DNA of 64,000 nucleotides, from assembly GCA_976226885.1 (NCBI GenBank), contig OZ320322.1:30380001-30444000 (forward strand), in the 5' to 3' direction. This DNA is from Iphione sp. A-MEVVRFRX5. Its lineage: Eukaryota. The position numbers were made by a program, and so were the translations under genes. Numbering within the stretch: the stretch's first letter is position 1; every line of letters begins with the position of its first letter. Under the pieces are notes generated by a model. That model worked only from the letters and a program-made list of their open reading frames with translations, did no database searches and was not told the DNA's origin. Of the stretch, positions 22,749 to 35,900 are shown in pieces.

Positions 22749-25700
22749 TGACTGTCGCGGTGATCACCTTCGGTTATCGAGTTGATGTAATCACCACCAT
22801 ATTCACCATAATCACCACCACCACCACTTCTACTACAGTACGAACCACCACCACCACCACCACACCACACCACCACCACCGTCACCACCCAGGGCGCGGA
22901 GCAGGATGTTAACAGTTGATAAAGTTGGAAGTGACGACGTGTGGGTGACTTTTTTTTGGACGGGTGGCGGTGGTCAAGCCAGGGGGGGTGGACCTGTTTG
23001 TGGCCCGAGGGTTCGACCGGCCATTACGACGACGACCCTCACCGCTCGCCTGGACCGCCACCGGCTCTCCGCGCTAGCGGCGGCATGGGCGTCGGCGGTG
23101 GTGGGCCAGCAGGCAGAGAGCCGGATGTACTGCGGTGGTAGTTGACGACAAGTCCGTGAGAGGGAGCAGCGGTGGAGACGGGCGGGGGACCTAACCCCTT
23201 GCACCGACCCGCGAGGACGACCCGCGGCCTGGCGTGCGCCCAGCGCCACTGCCCTCGTTAGGATCGTTTTTTTGTATCATACGCTGCAGTTACTGATAAC
23301 AAAAATTTACAGTTTGCAATGTACTGTTGTATCTGGAGTACGTACATAGCTGAGAATTATTTTTCTATAGAAACTAAAATAACATGCCCCCCCGATTCCC
23401 CCCTAACTGTGAAATTGCGACAAGTGTGCTACTGCGGCGGCTGTGGAACGACTGGAGTGTTTTGTTCTCAGTTCAACGTTGTCTCCATTAAAGGAAAAGG
23501 TAACAAATCCCCTGTAATTTATTTGTACCTTCGTATAGCGAAGAGAATTGTTGACAAAAAAAAACCCTGTAAAGCTGCCTGTATGTTGGGAAACGCTCAT
23601 ATTGACCATAATGCCAGTGGCAGTGATCATTTGCTTTTCAAAGTTTGCTTAAAATTGCATCACGATTTATTTTTTCTTTCTCTCTTCAAAGGGTAGTGAT
23701 GTTTATAGTAGCATGTTTGTTATTTTTTATTCTTGGTTCCCCGCGAAACCGAAATAGCAGGTTTTACCAAGTGGTCAAACGAGTCTGGTGACCCTTTCCA
23801 TATCTTAATCCAGAGTAGCACGGAAGGGAGGTGCTTTAAAACTTTTTTTTTATTACTTCTAACAAGAAAAAACGCAACGTAAGGTGCGTCTCTTCTGAAG
23901 ACCTTAGTTAGCCTAGACATAAAATTTGTGTAATTTTTTATTTGCCATGTAGCATGGTCTTATTTTTGCTTGGAAATAGTTGCAATGAAATACCCCTGTA
24001 AAGAGAAGGTGATCCTTACCATTACGAATTGGGAGTTTCAGTAGGTCCTACTGTACTTGATGAACTGTTTCTGGAACGAGGTTGGTCGAGTCGTCAGGTA
24101 TGTGCGTATGTTTAGTTTTTTTTTTTAATGACGTTTTTGGTACTTGTGTATGTCTGGGAGTACAAAATTGGTAATTCCCCGCCCCCCCCCCGGCCTGGCA
24201 TTTCGTGCACGACGATGACTGTCACTATTCATCTCCGAACTGGACACGTCATTTGTGTCTGTGGTGATACAGCAGCCGATGATGAGTGGAGGGGGGGGGG
24301 GGGCTGACGGTGGAGGGGACAGGTGGAGGTGGAGATCGTGGAGGGCTCCGTCCCCTCTGGGTTCCCCGGGGCTGGGCAGCAGCACAGTCTTCTACACCCC
24401 GCACTGCTCCCGAACTACGAGGGCGCTGGCGGCGACGGCACAGCTTCTTGTTTATTTTGACCAAGGTGTGCATGCGACTTGTGTACATGTAGGTGAGCGT
24501 GTGTTTCGTGTCTGTGAGGGCAGCCAGCTAGTGTTGAGGACGCTTCAGCAAATGTGACGTGAAAAAAACAAAACAAAAAAGGACGTGATAACACACACGC
24601 AAAACAAAACAAGAAGGGAGAAAATGGGAAGTTTGTGTGCGTGTAGAATGTATGTGTGTGACGAGCACGCAGGAGGCGCGTGACGTGTGAGCACAGTGTT
24701 GTTACGTACCCTAGCAGTGTTGAGTAGGAAGGGTTTGGAGAGGCCAACGTTGCAAAACCCGGCGACGTGTAGGTAGAAAGGGGAGTTTGGATGGGCAGTC
24801 ACGACGATCGGAGTCGATCCGAGTGACTATAATAAACGTGTGCGAGGCTAAGAAAAAAAAATTACATTATCGAAACGAGGATATAAATAAGTATATATTA
24901 TTAACAGATTTTCTCCTTCTTATTATTGACTGTCCTGATGCGCGTTACTCGTGGTGTAGAGACGGTAACCCGGAGGACAGTTCGCGCATGAGAACGAAAA
25001 CCACCTTTACGGTTTATACTTCTGCTAACTTTACCAGGTCATGCCTGCATCGAAGAGAACCGAGAGAGGAACATTTACACGTGCACATAATGACTTCATA
25101 GAAAAAAAATCTCGATGGATTTGGTTCATTGTCAGGTGTCATTTTTCACCATTTAATATTTTCCTATATCTCCGAAAAACAGGTATTTGCTTAGTTTCCT
25201 CTTTGTGGCACATCCAAACTATTAGTCTAAGATGTTCCTTCAGGTAGGGCAAGTTTCAGCCGAGCTATTTTTGTTCATTCCTGATGTTGTTCATCATATA
25301 CTCTTCTTAATCGATTTCAGATTTTGTGTTCAGAGATTATATGTAATCCGATGCATTGGGTCTCAAAATTATATACATATACAAATATATATATAAAGAC
25401 ATGAATGTTGTGATAAAGCCGACCCATATTATTTGTTGACAAGACCTTTCACCAAGTCTGCATGAAGTCGAGGCCGGTGTCTGCATGGTCAGAAGTCGAA
25501 CTGTGAACTTATAGTCTGCAAGTATCAATCATATGTTTTTTTTTTGTTTTTTTTTTTATTCCTTGACGCTGTATATTGTTCCGAGTGGCATTGGTCTGTA
25601 ACGCATTGAGGATCTGAATAACAACAACAACAACAAAACTTTACGCCCTTGTCCATCTTGGATATTTATTGCATTTTCCATCCTTTTACTTGAGGCTTGA

Positions 25701-27200
25701 TAAAGACTTCGTGCAGGAGGCTTCTCTCCTTGCTCTGGCCTAGCAAGATGTGAGTCCACTCGTAAACAGTTGGACGTGTTTTTTTTTTTTTTTTTTTTCT
25801 TAATTTAAATCAAGCAGAATAAGTGGCGACGGTTTTTCACAACAATTAGTGGCACTTGTTCATCAATAGTTTAAAGTTTGCATGTATTGCTTGACTATTC
25901 GCTGTGTATGTATATTGGGGGGGGGAAAAAAACCCTGAACATTTCCACGAGGAACATTGTTGTACTTGGAGCGCCCCCTAGTAGTATTTGGTCACATTGT
26001 CATTCTCTCATCCTGCCACGATGGTGGTCGACCTACTGGTAAGGCGGTGGTAGAGTGGCAGTCGGACGACAACTGCCGCTCAGTCAGACCCAGCCTCCAG
26101 CCTACTCGTCAGTCCCTTCTCCCCCGTTCCCCACCCATTCCCCATTCCTCCCACCACCCCACCTAAACAACCCTGAAATCAAGCAAATCACACATGCAGT
26201 TTGTTTTTTTTGTCGTTTCCTACTGGGGAGTCGCCGCAGTCCTGAACATTGTACATACAGCGAAGCACGGTGTCTCTCTCACATGGGGTGTAGGTAGCGT
26301 CTTAGAATAATAACATGTAACACTTCTGTGAAAGGAAACTGAAAACTTATAAACCGAGCTCCCCACCTGCCCAAGTGGTCCTTGCTATTGTTTTAACACG
26401 CTGGGTTGGAATACTGATATAAACACTAAGCGAACGAAAAATGATTGTGTATTCTGTATAATAAGAGCCAGTGATACTAGACATAAGTTGTTGCCTATGC
26501 CGCGGGGCTTCATCACTATTATATACTTGTAATAAGATTGAAAATAGATGGGTCATCCATTCAGTTCTGCTAGCACTGGTCTGACGGCGGAGATAGAGGT
26601 CCATATATGTATATGACTACGTACAAGGGAGAAACTCATTGAGAACAAATGTTGAGAGGGAACAGTTGTGTATGGAAGGGGTTTGAGAAATAAAGATAAA
26701 AATCACCCTTTGTCAGATAAATGTACAAAAGGCCTTTGTTGTCCTTTAGGGGGGATGTCTGGATTAGTACAGTAGAGACCCAGATTCTTAGGGCCCAAAG
26801 AGACGTAAATATGTATATAAATACCTCCTAATGTGATCAAAATTGACCAGTCGGTACCTTGGTCTTCTGAACTGTTTTTTTTTTTCAAAACAGTATCAGT
26901 AAATGCTGTTTTTCCTTAAAGGCGGGAATATTTAAGAATCATAAGTTGAAGTTTAATTAGAAGATGCAGTTCTTTTATTGAATTCTTTTTATAACGTTTG
27001 GTGCATGATTTTCTTTGGTTTATCGTTGTGACTACTTGTAAACTTTACACTTTGATGGGTAGGAGGGCGCATTTTGTCCAGAAGGTTGCCCAGGGAGAGA
27101 AATCTAAGACTGAATTCGTATGCAATCTTTAGTGATAAACGATGTATAGATTTATGTTCCTTACATAAAAGTAAAATTATCCATACTCAAAGGTGATGAA
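22749..27200 (+). other. Probable long WAC 3' UTR (end uncertain)
   Basis: Follows the stop codon; T/GT-rich on + with poly-T runs; AATAAA at 26689-26694; strand skew reverses near 27.2 kb. Confidence 0.5.
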
Positions 27201-27214
27201 AACCAACGAGACGA

Positions 27215-30200
27215 ACGCACAAGTCATTTTTCGCTTTTATTTCCATTTTGACGACTCCCCATTAGTGGGAGGTGTCAAGTTCATCCCCTGGCGGGAGTGG
27301 GCCGAACCAACGGCCGTTGATCTGTACAGGGATCTCATAAATAACTACATCTAGCAAATACTATGTATACGTCCTATGTACACATTAAGAGCTAGCAGCC
27401 AGTTCAGACTTGTTAGCACTGGGCGACACAATAATATAATATATATAGATATACCGGTATGTCTGGCTTAGTGGAAACAACGCTGCAGAATTAAAAATAA
27501 AAACTTCAAACAGTTAAAATGCTTCGACGGTCTTCCAAACAATCCACACTTAAGAATTCATACGAATGAAGGGAAATATAATGACAGGATGTTAGTGTGC
27601 CTACTTGATGAGACTGACTTCGTAGTGTAGTACGTTTCTCAGAGTAATGCTGGCCAGGTTACTCATCTAAGGGGGGGGGGGGTTGGTTTGTAAAAAGTTG
27701 ACTTCGCATCAAAACGACCTAAGACCTCGTTGGCAGCAATCTCAAGGTTACAGGTAATTGGTAATTGATTTCATTTTATGGGGCAAATTACTCGAGTTGG
27801 CAGTTTATATTAATTTAAAAATACAATGCATATCTCCTTAGCGGAGAGATCACATAGCCAAGCAGCAAATGTGCACTAACACTGATACAGTGCATCTGAG
27901 AAGCCCTACGCAATATTTGTGGGGTAGAAGTACATGATTGATAGGGTTTTCCCCCCATAGATATCAAAACCAAAGAATTACGTACACTTGACGACCTTTC
28001 ATTCACAGCTTTAAGTAACTGAGATCACCATCTTACGAATAGTAAAACACAGTTGTGCAGGACATGATACTACAACGTATCAAGACTTGTTTCCTAAAGA
28101 CAAATGGCGTTCGTTCGTTATTCGTGTTTGTGTGTGTGTGTGTGTGTGGGGGGGGGGCAGGAGAACTCAGTAGAGCATTGGATACCAAGCTGGTTGTACG
28201 TGGAGGGCTTTAGCATACCGTGTCCCAGCGTGTCGTTAAAAGGCCAAAGGGAGAAAGGAATGAGATGGAGTAGACGGTAGGACAGCAGGGGTCAAAGAAG
28301 AAAGATGCAGATGGGGACGAAAAGAAGTGGCAAAAGCACACACCGAAAGACTTCAGTTCTGTTTCTTCACAACCTGAAGATGACACTGCAAACCTGACAC
28401 AGATAACAGAGGTTCGCAGAGAAAAATACTGGACAATATTAAAGCCGGAGAGCGCAGTGAATCCCCTACTTTTCCAGATTTCCTACAGCAGTATGCATGC
28501 ATTTAACAAAGCTATAACAGAAAATCGCAGCTATAACAAAGTCGTAGTGTAAAGGAAGGCAACTGGTAACTAGTTTGATTGAAATCATGCGTCATCCTGG
28601 CAATGGCTCAATAACAAAAAAACAAGACCTTGATTGATTTGGAAAAGGTGAACGAGATTAATCGGTACATCTCAACTTGTATATATCCATGCACAGTGTA
28701 TATTTTTGACACGAAATTAGCTGTTTCAAAAAGTCACGCTCAGAAAATTTCTTTAGTCAGTGAAAGAAGAACAAGGAAAATAAACCGTACTATAGTGACC
28801 GTACACCATTATGATATTTGACAGGGAAATGACGAAAGGAAGGTATATCCAAATTAGAAATAAAATCGGACATGAAGTATGAACAAAAATATCGCAACCA
28901 TAGACCCTTATGAATTTTGGTCGAGAAACGATAATGGAAAGGTATACAAAGAAAATGCAATAAAGTTGTTAAAATCTCCTGCCAAGACAACCCAGTACGT
29001 CTAACTGGTTGGTAGACCAGCAGACCGTAAATCGGTAAGGTTGCCTTTGAATAATACTGAAAATTTGGCTACAAATGCAACCCCCTCCTAGCTGGGCCAC
29101 AGTAGACAGCACAATCAGGCCGAAATCTCCCACACATTCATAAGTACGTCTTCGGTACGGGCAATACTATTTTCCTTGTACTGAGTGTCGTGACACGAAA
29201 GTTTAGGTTAACGAACATGAATGAAATCAAATGTGTTCTTCATGACGGAAATAAAAGGTGCTGTCTGGTCGACAATAATTGATGGGAGAAGGTGCTAGTG
29301 AATTTTCATCTCAAATACGCTTTAGATTTGGATCATTACCAACGGTAAATATCAACTTGCTGGGAATGTATCTCCTATACAGATGTCGCAAGTTTCTTCT
29401 TCTTCTCATAGTGGGATGCAGGTCTTCTTTAAGGACCGTTCCATGTAGCAGATGTTATTCTGTAATGAGGCTAATGCCGGTATTCTAAACTGTAACCTCA
29501 TGCACGTGACCAAATGAAGAATATTCTTAGCATCCACCGAACGCTACACTTAAAACCGGAGGAACTTCTCTTCATACACCGACCGTTTCGGATGAAAATC
29601 CTCCAACAAAGGAAACGGCAAGTCTTTCAACGTGAACAATAGTGAGCGCAAGCAGACGTGACTGCAGGTTACGACAGAAGAACAACTTGTAGTTAGTGCA
29701 AGCAAAAAGCGTGCGTGGATGAGGCACTACGGCTGTTAGTTCCATGTAAAAGCTACAGGTGGAGACACTAGTCTGACAAACAAAGCTTTCTGCTTCCCTA
29801 AGATTTGTTGTGACCAAGGAAAATAGATAATAAAAGCAAAACTGGCAACATGAACATATTCAACGATACTATTCAGTCACTTACATATAATGCACTTCTT
29901 TCTGCCCTGTCGATACATGAAGGTTCTATCTTGAGATCTGACCTTCCATATAATATCCACGTAGACCAATCACGATTTAATTGTCAGACTTACTACAGTT
30001 CATCCCTCTCGTAAAATTAGTGTCTGTGTACCTCTTAAAATGAAATGCAAAGTAAAGCTGACTGATGTACTTCGGACAGTAAAATCGGTAGAGAGTTGAA
30101 AGTAGTACCTGTTTGCAGCAGCAGGGGGCAGCAGCAGACACGTACCAAAACAAGGAACACTATTCGTACGGTTTGTTTAAAGCACCTGAATGAAGACAAC

Positions 30201-31574
30201 TCGTCCTACACATTTCATCGATCTTCCATGTATGCAGGGACATTTAACGATTTCATTGGTGCACCTCTTGATAAAAAAATGAATGCTTATGACTGCACCA
30301 GAACTTTATAAGAGAAGAACGTAACGGTTAGCTTTCCAGCCTCCTTCTTTCACTTAGAAACCAAAGGCGCGTGTTAACCTTTAACAAGAACACTCGCTGA
30401 ATGCGGACCACGACCTAAACGAGGACTGGAAAACTACTGATTGTTCGCTGATGGCAATACCAACGCGCCACTGCAGCTGGCAACATAACCAAACGAGATA
30501 GCAATCAAAGTGATAGCACCAATAAAAACCTTGGCCCTAGGTATTCGAAGCACGGTTCCTTCCTCGCTGCTGCACGGAAGCCGGGGAAGTCTTGCCGGTT
30601 CCTGTACCTGATGCCCTACCTCTGAGACAGCACTTGCGTCGCCCACTGCTTGTCGCACGTTCTCTGCATTATAACAAATCCCTCTCATAACATTCATGCG
30701 ACCCGTGACGAGTTAGGAAGGTCATGTCAAGGACGTGCCTTGCCTGACTTCCTTAAACAAGCATCTTGATCCCATTTAAAGCTCAATCGACTGACTTTTT
30801 CTATTTAAAAAAATGTATAACTATCTTGCACTACCATCGCCATGACACATTATTATGCTCTCTTAATCGTATTTCGCAGAGTATTCTACGATCCTTTCGT
30901 CGGCTCCAGAGACAGTCAGCACAGGCTGCCGTAGCCACAAATCGTGTCTTCAAGTTAATACTTATCACCACTTGCTGGTTTTGATTTACAACGATGAACG
31001 TTTGGTGTTCCGAAGTAGAAACTCGACAGGACTTCGCTTGACCAATCGGGAACGTCTTTGCATATCCCGGACGTGCACAATCCAGGTACTGGCCAATAGA
31101 ATCCCTGCTTGCTTTGGCAACGATTTACGTATTGTTTCCACTGAAATATGCGCAACAAAATCTCAGAGTGGGCAAGCAGACATACGGTCACACCCTCTGT
31201 GGGATGCGTCCAGGTTCAGTTTTGGTGTGCACGTACTGCGCAACTTGTAATACACACGATATTTTAACAGTTTCAAACAAAAAAAAACAACTTAAACAAA
31301 TCTGCAGACTGGATCACGTCTTCTTTCACAGAGTCTACTTGCTCCACATCACAGTCGGAGGCAGCGAACAGCCTACTGGCTGTCGCCATCATCTGAGGGT
31401 AGCTTGGGGTCGGGGGCTGGTCCCCTTTGGGGGTTGCGGAGTTCAAAGGTCACAAGGGCCAGAGTTCCGGCTTCACTGGGTGAGCACGAGGGCCCCTGTT
31501 ATGCCCTGGTTTCTACATGTGTTTGGGGCGGGGGAGTAGGGGGGGGGGATTAGTTATTTAGGCGATGAGACACC
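27215..31574 (-). other. Probable long TRAK 3' UTR (end uncertain)
   Basis: Follows the TRAK stop on -; A-rich on + (U-rich in mRNA); minus-strand AATAAA at 27236-27241 and 26974-26979. Confidence 0.45.
30118..30133 (+). promoter_or_regulatory. CTCF-like motif between the WAC and TRAK coding regions
   Basis: GCAGCAGGGGGCAGCA versus core CCASYAGRKGGCRS; motif match only. Confidence 0.3.
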
Positions 31575-32964
31575 TCAGTCCACGTCCGTCTTCTGAGATC
31601 GGGGTTCTTGTGTCGGCGGTGTGGCCGACGATGAGGCAGCGGGAGAGTTGGGGTCCGGGGAGAGGATGCAGGCGAGACTCGGCGGCTTGTGGTCGGCGGC
31701 CAGCACGGACAGTAGACCCGCCTGCCGCCGTCGCTTCATGCGGATGTTTGCCAGGTGCTTGATCAGTGACGGCGACATGCCGCCCGCCGCCGGCTGCTGC
31801 CCCGACGTCGCGTCACCCCTTCCTCCGTCGACAGCAGCCCCTGCCGCTGCGGACTCCCGACTCATCTCCGGAAGAGCGGAGAAGGAGATGGGCGACAAGT
31901 AGTAGTTGGACGACAAGGTGGAGGTGGTGAGCGTGGAGGGGCGGGAGGCGGCGGCGCAGGCGACGGCGGCAGAAGTGGTGGTCCCGCCGCCGGCCGACGA
32001 TAGCGGGCCCGGTGCCAGGGTCGGGGAGGCGGCCGCGGAGGTGGACAATGTTGCTAGACCGTCCAGACTCTTCGTCGTGCCTAACCCCAGGGTACTGGAG
32101 GTGGTGCTGGAGGAGGTGGTGCTGGTGGTGGTGGCCGCCATCCTGGCCGCCCGGACTCGGGTGAGCACACCTCGCGAGCGGCTCGCCCCTGGCGGCGGCA
32201 GCTCCCCTAGGTAGGACGGTCGCGTCGTCTTGCCCGCCTTCCCGCCGGAAGCTCCACTGGCCGGGGTCGAGGTGGCCGGAGAAAGGCCATCCGTCGGAGT
32301 CGGGGAAGCGCGGCGACCGGCGGCCATAGCGTCTTGCCGCGTGGCCAGGCCACGCCGCTCGTTGACCGGAAGGATGGTGTTCAAGCCGGCGCCCAGGATG
32401 TTGACTGCCGCCGCCGTCGACGATGCCATCTTGTCGAGCTGTTGGTTCAGCACCTGGTCGACGATGTCATACGTGTCGGGCCGCAGCAGCGGCATGGCGG
32501 TGTCACTGATGCCCTCGAAGGGCGGGATGTTGGTGGGCAGGCCAGGGAGGCTGGTGGCCGGGGAGCCGGCCGCGGGGTGCGAGGCGCTCAACCCGCCGGC
32601 CGCGGAGGGCGTGGTGGCCGCGCATGTGTAGATAACTTCCGTGTGCGAGCGGTTCGAGTCACTCAGCGTCTCTGTGACGATGCTGTTGAACCGCTGCGGC
32701 GTGTGCCGGACGCGCGTCGGACGCTGGGCCCCGAGCAACAGCGTCCCGTTGACCTTCACCTTCGGCGGCGTGGACTGTTGCTTGTGCTGCTGGTCGCCTT
32801 TGCAAGCCGCCAGACTAGATGGCGATGACTGGGCGAGGATGCCCCGCTCGTGTAACAGCTGCGCCAGACCCATGTTCATACTGAACGTGGAAGTGCAGTT
32901 GGCCGCGTTCCTGCTAGGGGGCGCCTCGGTGGCACAGACTGATGGACGCGGGGCGCCGCCATAC
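31575..32964 (-). CDS. TRAK1: TRAK terminal exon (canonical long C-terminus)
   Basis: tctttag| acceptor, phase 2; VYGGAPRP...[18 protein letters not shown]...[11 protein letters not shown] at 31575-31577; part of ORF 31575..33017. Confidence 0.92.
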
Positions 32965-35900
32965 CTAAAGAATAGAGTGAAGGGACTGCTTACTGCCTGT
33001 TGATACGCACACATCAACTAATCTAGCTTGCAACAAAAAGTAAAGAGCGCTGAGTGTCCGTGTGATAGTTAGTGAACAAAAATAGTTAACGAGGTTCCAC
33101 AATGCAAAAGGGGACAAATTATGTGGCAGCACACAAAATTCAGGTTCCCTTGAAAGATTTATTGCTATCCTACTTTTAAACGTTTAAAACAAAATAAGTA
33201 GGAAATGGTAGAACATACATGTTAGACTAAAGTCATGTCACAAGGTAGTGTGACGTCACAGCTCGGGTAACGGCCCCAGAGCGTTTATTGCCCGTAACCA
33301 ACAGAGCGCCCGTCGACCTCCACAGAAAGGACAACTATACAACAACAATGATGAGAAGGCAGGCGCTCACTACATCTCAACACATCTAAATCAACCGAAG
33401 TTTGATTTCTACAAGCAACATAAGCACCACAAAAGCCAGGCTCTAAAGTAAAATAATTAAAAAAAACAACGTATGAGCTCAATAACAGCTAGTCAGAATT
33501 AGCCTTGTGATGAGTGAATGATGCAGTCGCCTGGTCAGATCTAGTAGGTATATTAAGATAAGTCTAGTTTATGTTTATTATATTCATTATGTTTTGGAAA
33601 TTATCAGTTAATTATACGTGACAAATGCATACTTGCCATTATCGTATCATTGAGCATATCTGCTAAAATGAAAAACTTTGAAATCATACTTGATGTAGAG
33701 ATTACTCTAATTATACTTAACACTCAAAGCTCTAACAAAACTATCGAAAATAGTTGAAATTATAACTATTTACTATGTACAATTTTCGAGATTCAATTAA
33801 ATAACTAACTGAAGCAATATCCTTATTGACCTGGCAGAATTACGCAAGGTTAAACTAAAAATACATTAATGTAATTGTGAGATAATGTGTGTGTGCATTA
33901 ACTAGGAATGATAAAGAAATAAGGCTAGAGAGGCGCAGAAGGTGAGGGTAGGAGAAGGGTGGGGGAGGGACAGACGGGATGGAGAGGCATGTATCTCTCT
34001 CCCATAAAACAAGATAGTCAAATGAGAAGTTTATTGACATCATCCAGTTAAACAGGAACCGAGTGGAGGAAGGGTGGGGAACTGATAAGTAGGGCGTACG
34101 ATCGCATGAAAGGGACGCCCGGGGTTGAAGGAGGTTGATTGGGGGGAATGGCAGGGCTCTAAGGTAACAAAGAACACATATTTCTACAAAAAAAAGTCAA
34201 TAAGAAGCGCATCAAGACGCTTTAAAATGATTATGATGGAATAATAACTTAACAGCTGACAAGTTTTACCACAACACCCGAGGGAATAGCTAGTTCATAT
34301 AACAACCGTGCCTAAAGACAACAGTGAACAAATGCAAGCTTGGTGCTGGAGTATGTGCTTGGTACAGTTCACAAAGCCAGGCGTACGTAAGAGTCAGGCG
34401 TCCAAATAGGAAACACTCACATCTTGGTCTTAGCTGTACAGCAAGGAAACTACAGGTAACGCGGGTTTTAATGTATACTTTAAGAGGGCTGTAAACCGGG
34501 CCTACAGGTTCAACTCGGTGGGCAACTTAGCCCAAAACGGGTCCTAATTCTTTCAAAAAGGCTAGACAATTCTAACTAAGCAGCTTAGGCGCCTACATGG
34601 TGACCCCACGAAGTCTACCCTGGCCATTACTTTCATCCGGACGGACGGTAGGAGCAGAGTCACATAGCTTTAACTTAACAGTCTGCTCAATCCAACTACG
34701 CGGCGACTTCAACCAACTAGCAGCCTAAGCAGGGTAGGCTATTCGGTTTAGTCTAGTAGACAAATCTGGCTAACCGTTGAATTAGGAGGGTAACTTTGAC
34801 AAAGCTGAGCAGTTCGCCAAGTCCAACTGATGCAGTTGACTTTATGGGACCAGCTTTGATCTGGGAAGCCCGGGAAGTCTGGCAAGGCTGCTAAACTGTA
34901 CAATTAGATCTACAAAACTGGCTTGAGACCTATCCGGTAAAAGATAAGTGATCTGATCGATACTCTTACCTATGGCAAAATACACTAACTGGGCAATCTG
35001 GAAAGTTTAACTAGGTATTTCACCTAATGCAACTACGTTGCCTAGTTAGTCCAACCTGAACTAGGTCTGGTGAGCTAAGAAATGTCACATTGCATGTCAG
35101 AACTTAAAAATAAAGGGTGCTGCTAACTTGCCGTAAAATGAACAGATTGACCAGGCTGGGCAGTATATATATCCAGGTACTCTCAGCCCAATAAGGCTGC
35201 TCACTTAGTTCAACCTGAACTAGCTCTAGTGGACTAAGCAGATCTACCCAATAAATGAACTGATGAATCAGCTACTACCTCCTACCGCATGGCTAGTCTG
35301 GGCAGTATATCTGGGCATCCATCACAGTCCAACTCAGCTGTCCCATCAGTCCTACTAGAGCTGGGTGTATTAAGATGGCCTATTCTTATCAGGTGGGGAG
35401 GACGGACTGCTGAGAATACTGCTACGACTGACAACAAGCATGCACTGGACCACCCAGACCAGTAAGTCGAACAAGACCTGTGTGTCACAAGCTGGTGAAT
35501 CTCATTGCTAGGGGAACAGAATGACATGGGCTGCCAAGTCGGGCCAACAGGAGTTCCGTATCACTAGGTGGAAGTACTGACAGCAGAGGCTAACTATTGT
35601 TAAATCGTAAGCATGTATTGGACTGCCCAGTCGGTAACACCGCAGTATCAGGAGCTGGCTGAGTCTCAGGTGAAAGGACCGGCTGCTGAGGGTACGGCTG
35701 CCTATTCACTTCAGCATGACCTAAGGTCTCATGAGCTAGCTGAGTTTCATTAGTTGAAAGGGTTGTCCGCTCAGACGTGCTGTTTCTACCAACTAAAGCG
35801 TGCATGGGGCTATCTACTTACACGGAGGACAGGTTGGTGCCGTCGTACTGGTCGGTCGGGTGCATGATCTTGGCCGTGGTGTAGGTGTAGGTCGACTGGC

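Noticed and set aside
22786-23145. His-rich open frame (+1) just after the WAC stop
   Set aside because: Preceded by TGA at 22783. Skipping the penultimate exon enters a different frame that stops early. The His run is explained by an (ACC)n microsatellite.
31621-33003. Several long plus-strand ORFs
   Set aside because: Antisense shadows of the GC-rich TRAK terminal exon; no independent homology or splice logic.
34962-34985. ttttgccatag|gtaaga, a recursive-splice-site-like motif on -
   Set aside because: Weak pyrimidine tract in an intron under 3 kb; recursive sites are typical of very long introns, and AGGTAAG occurs by chance.
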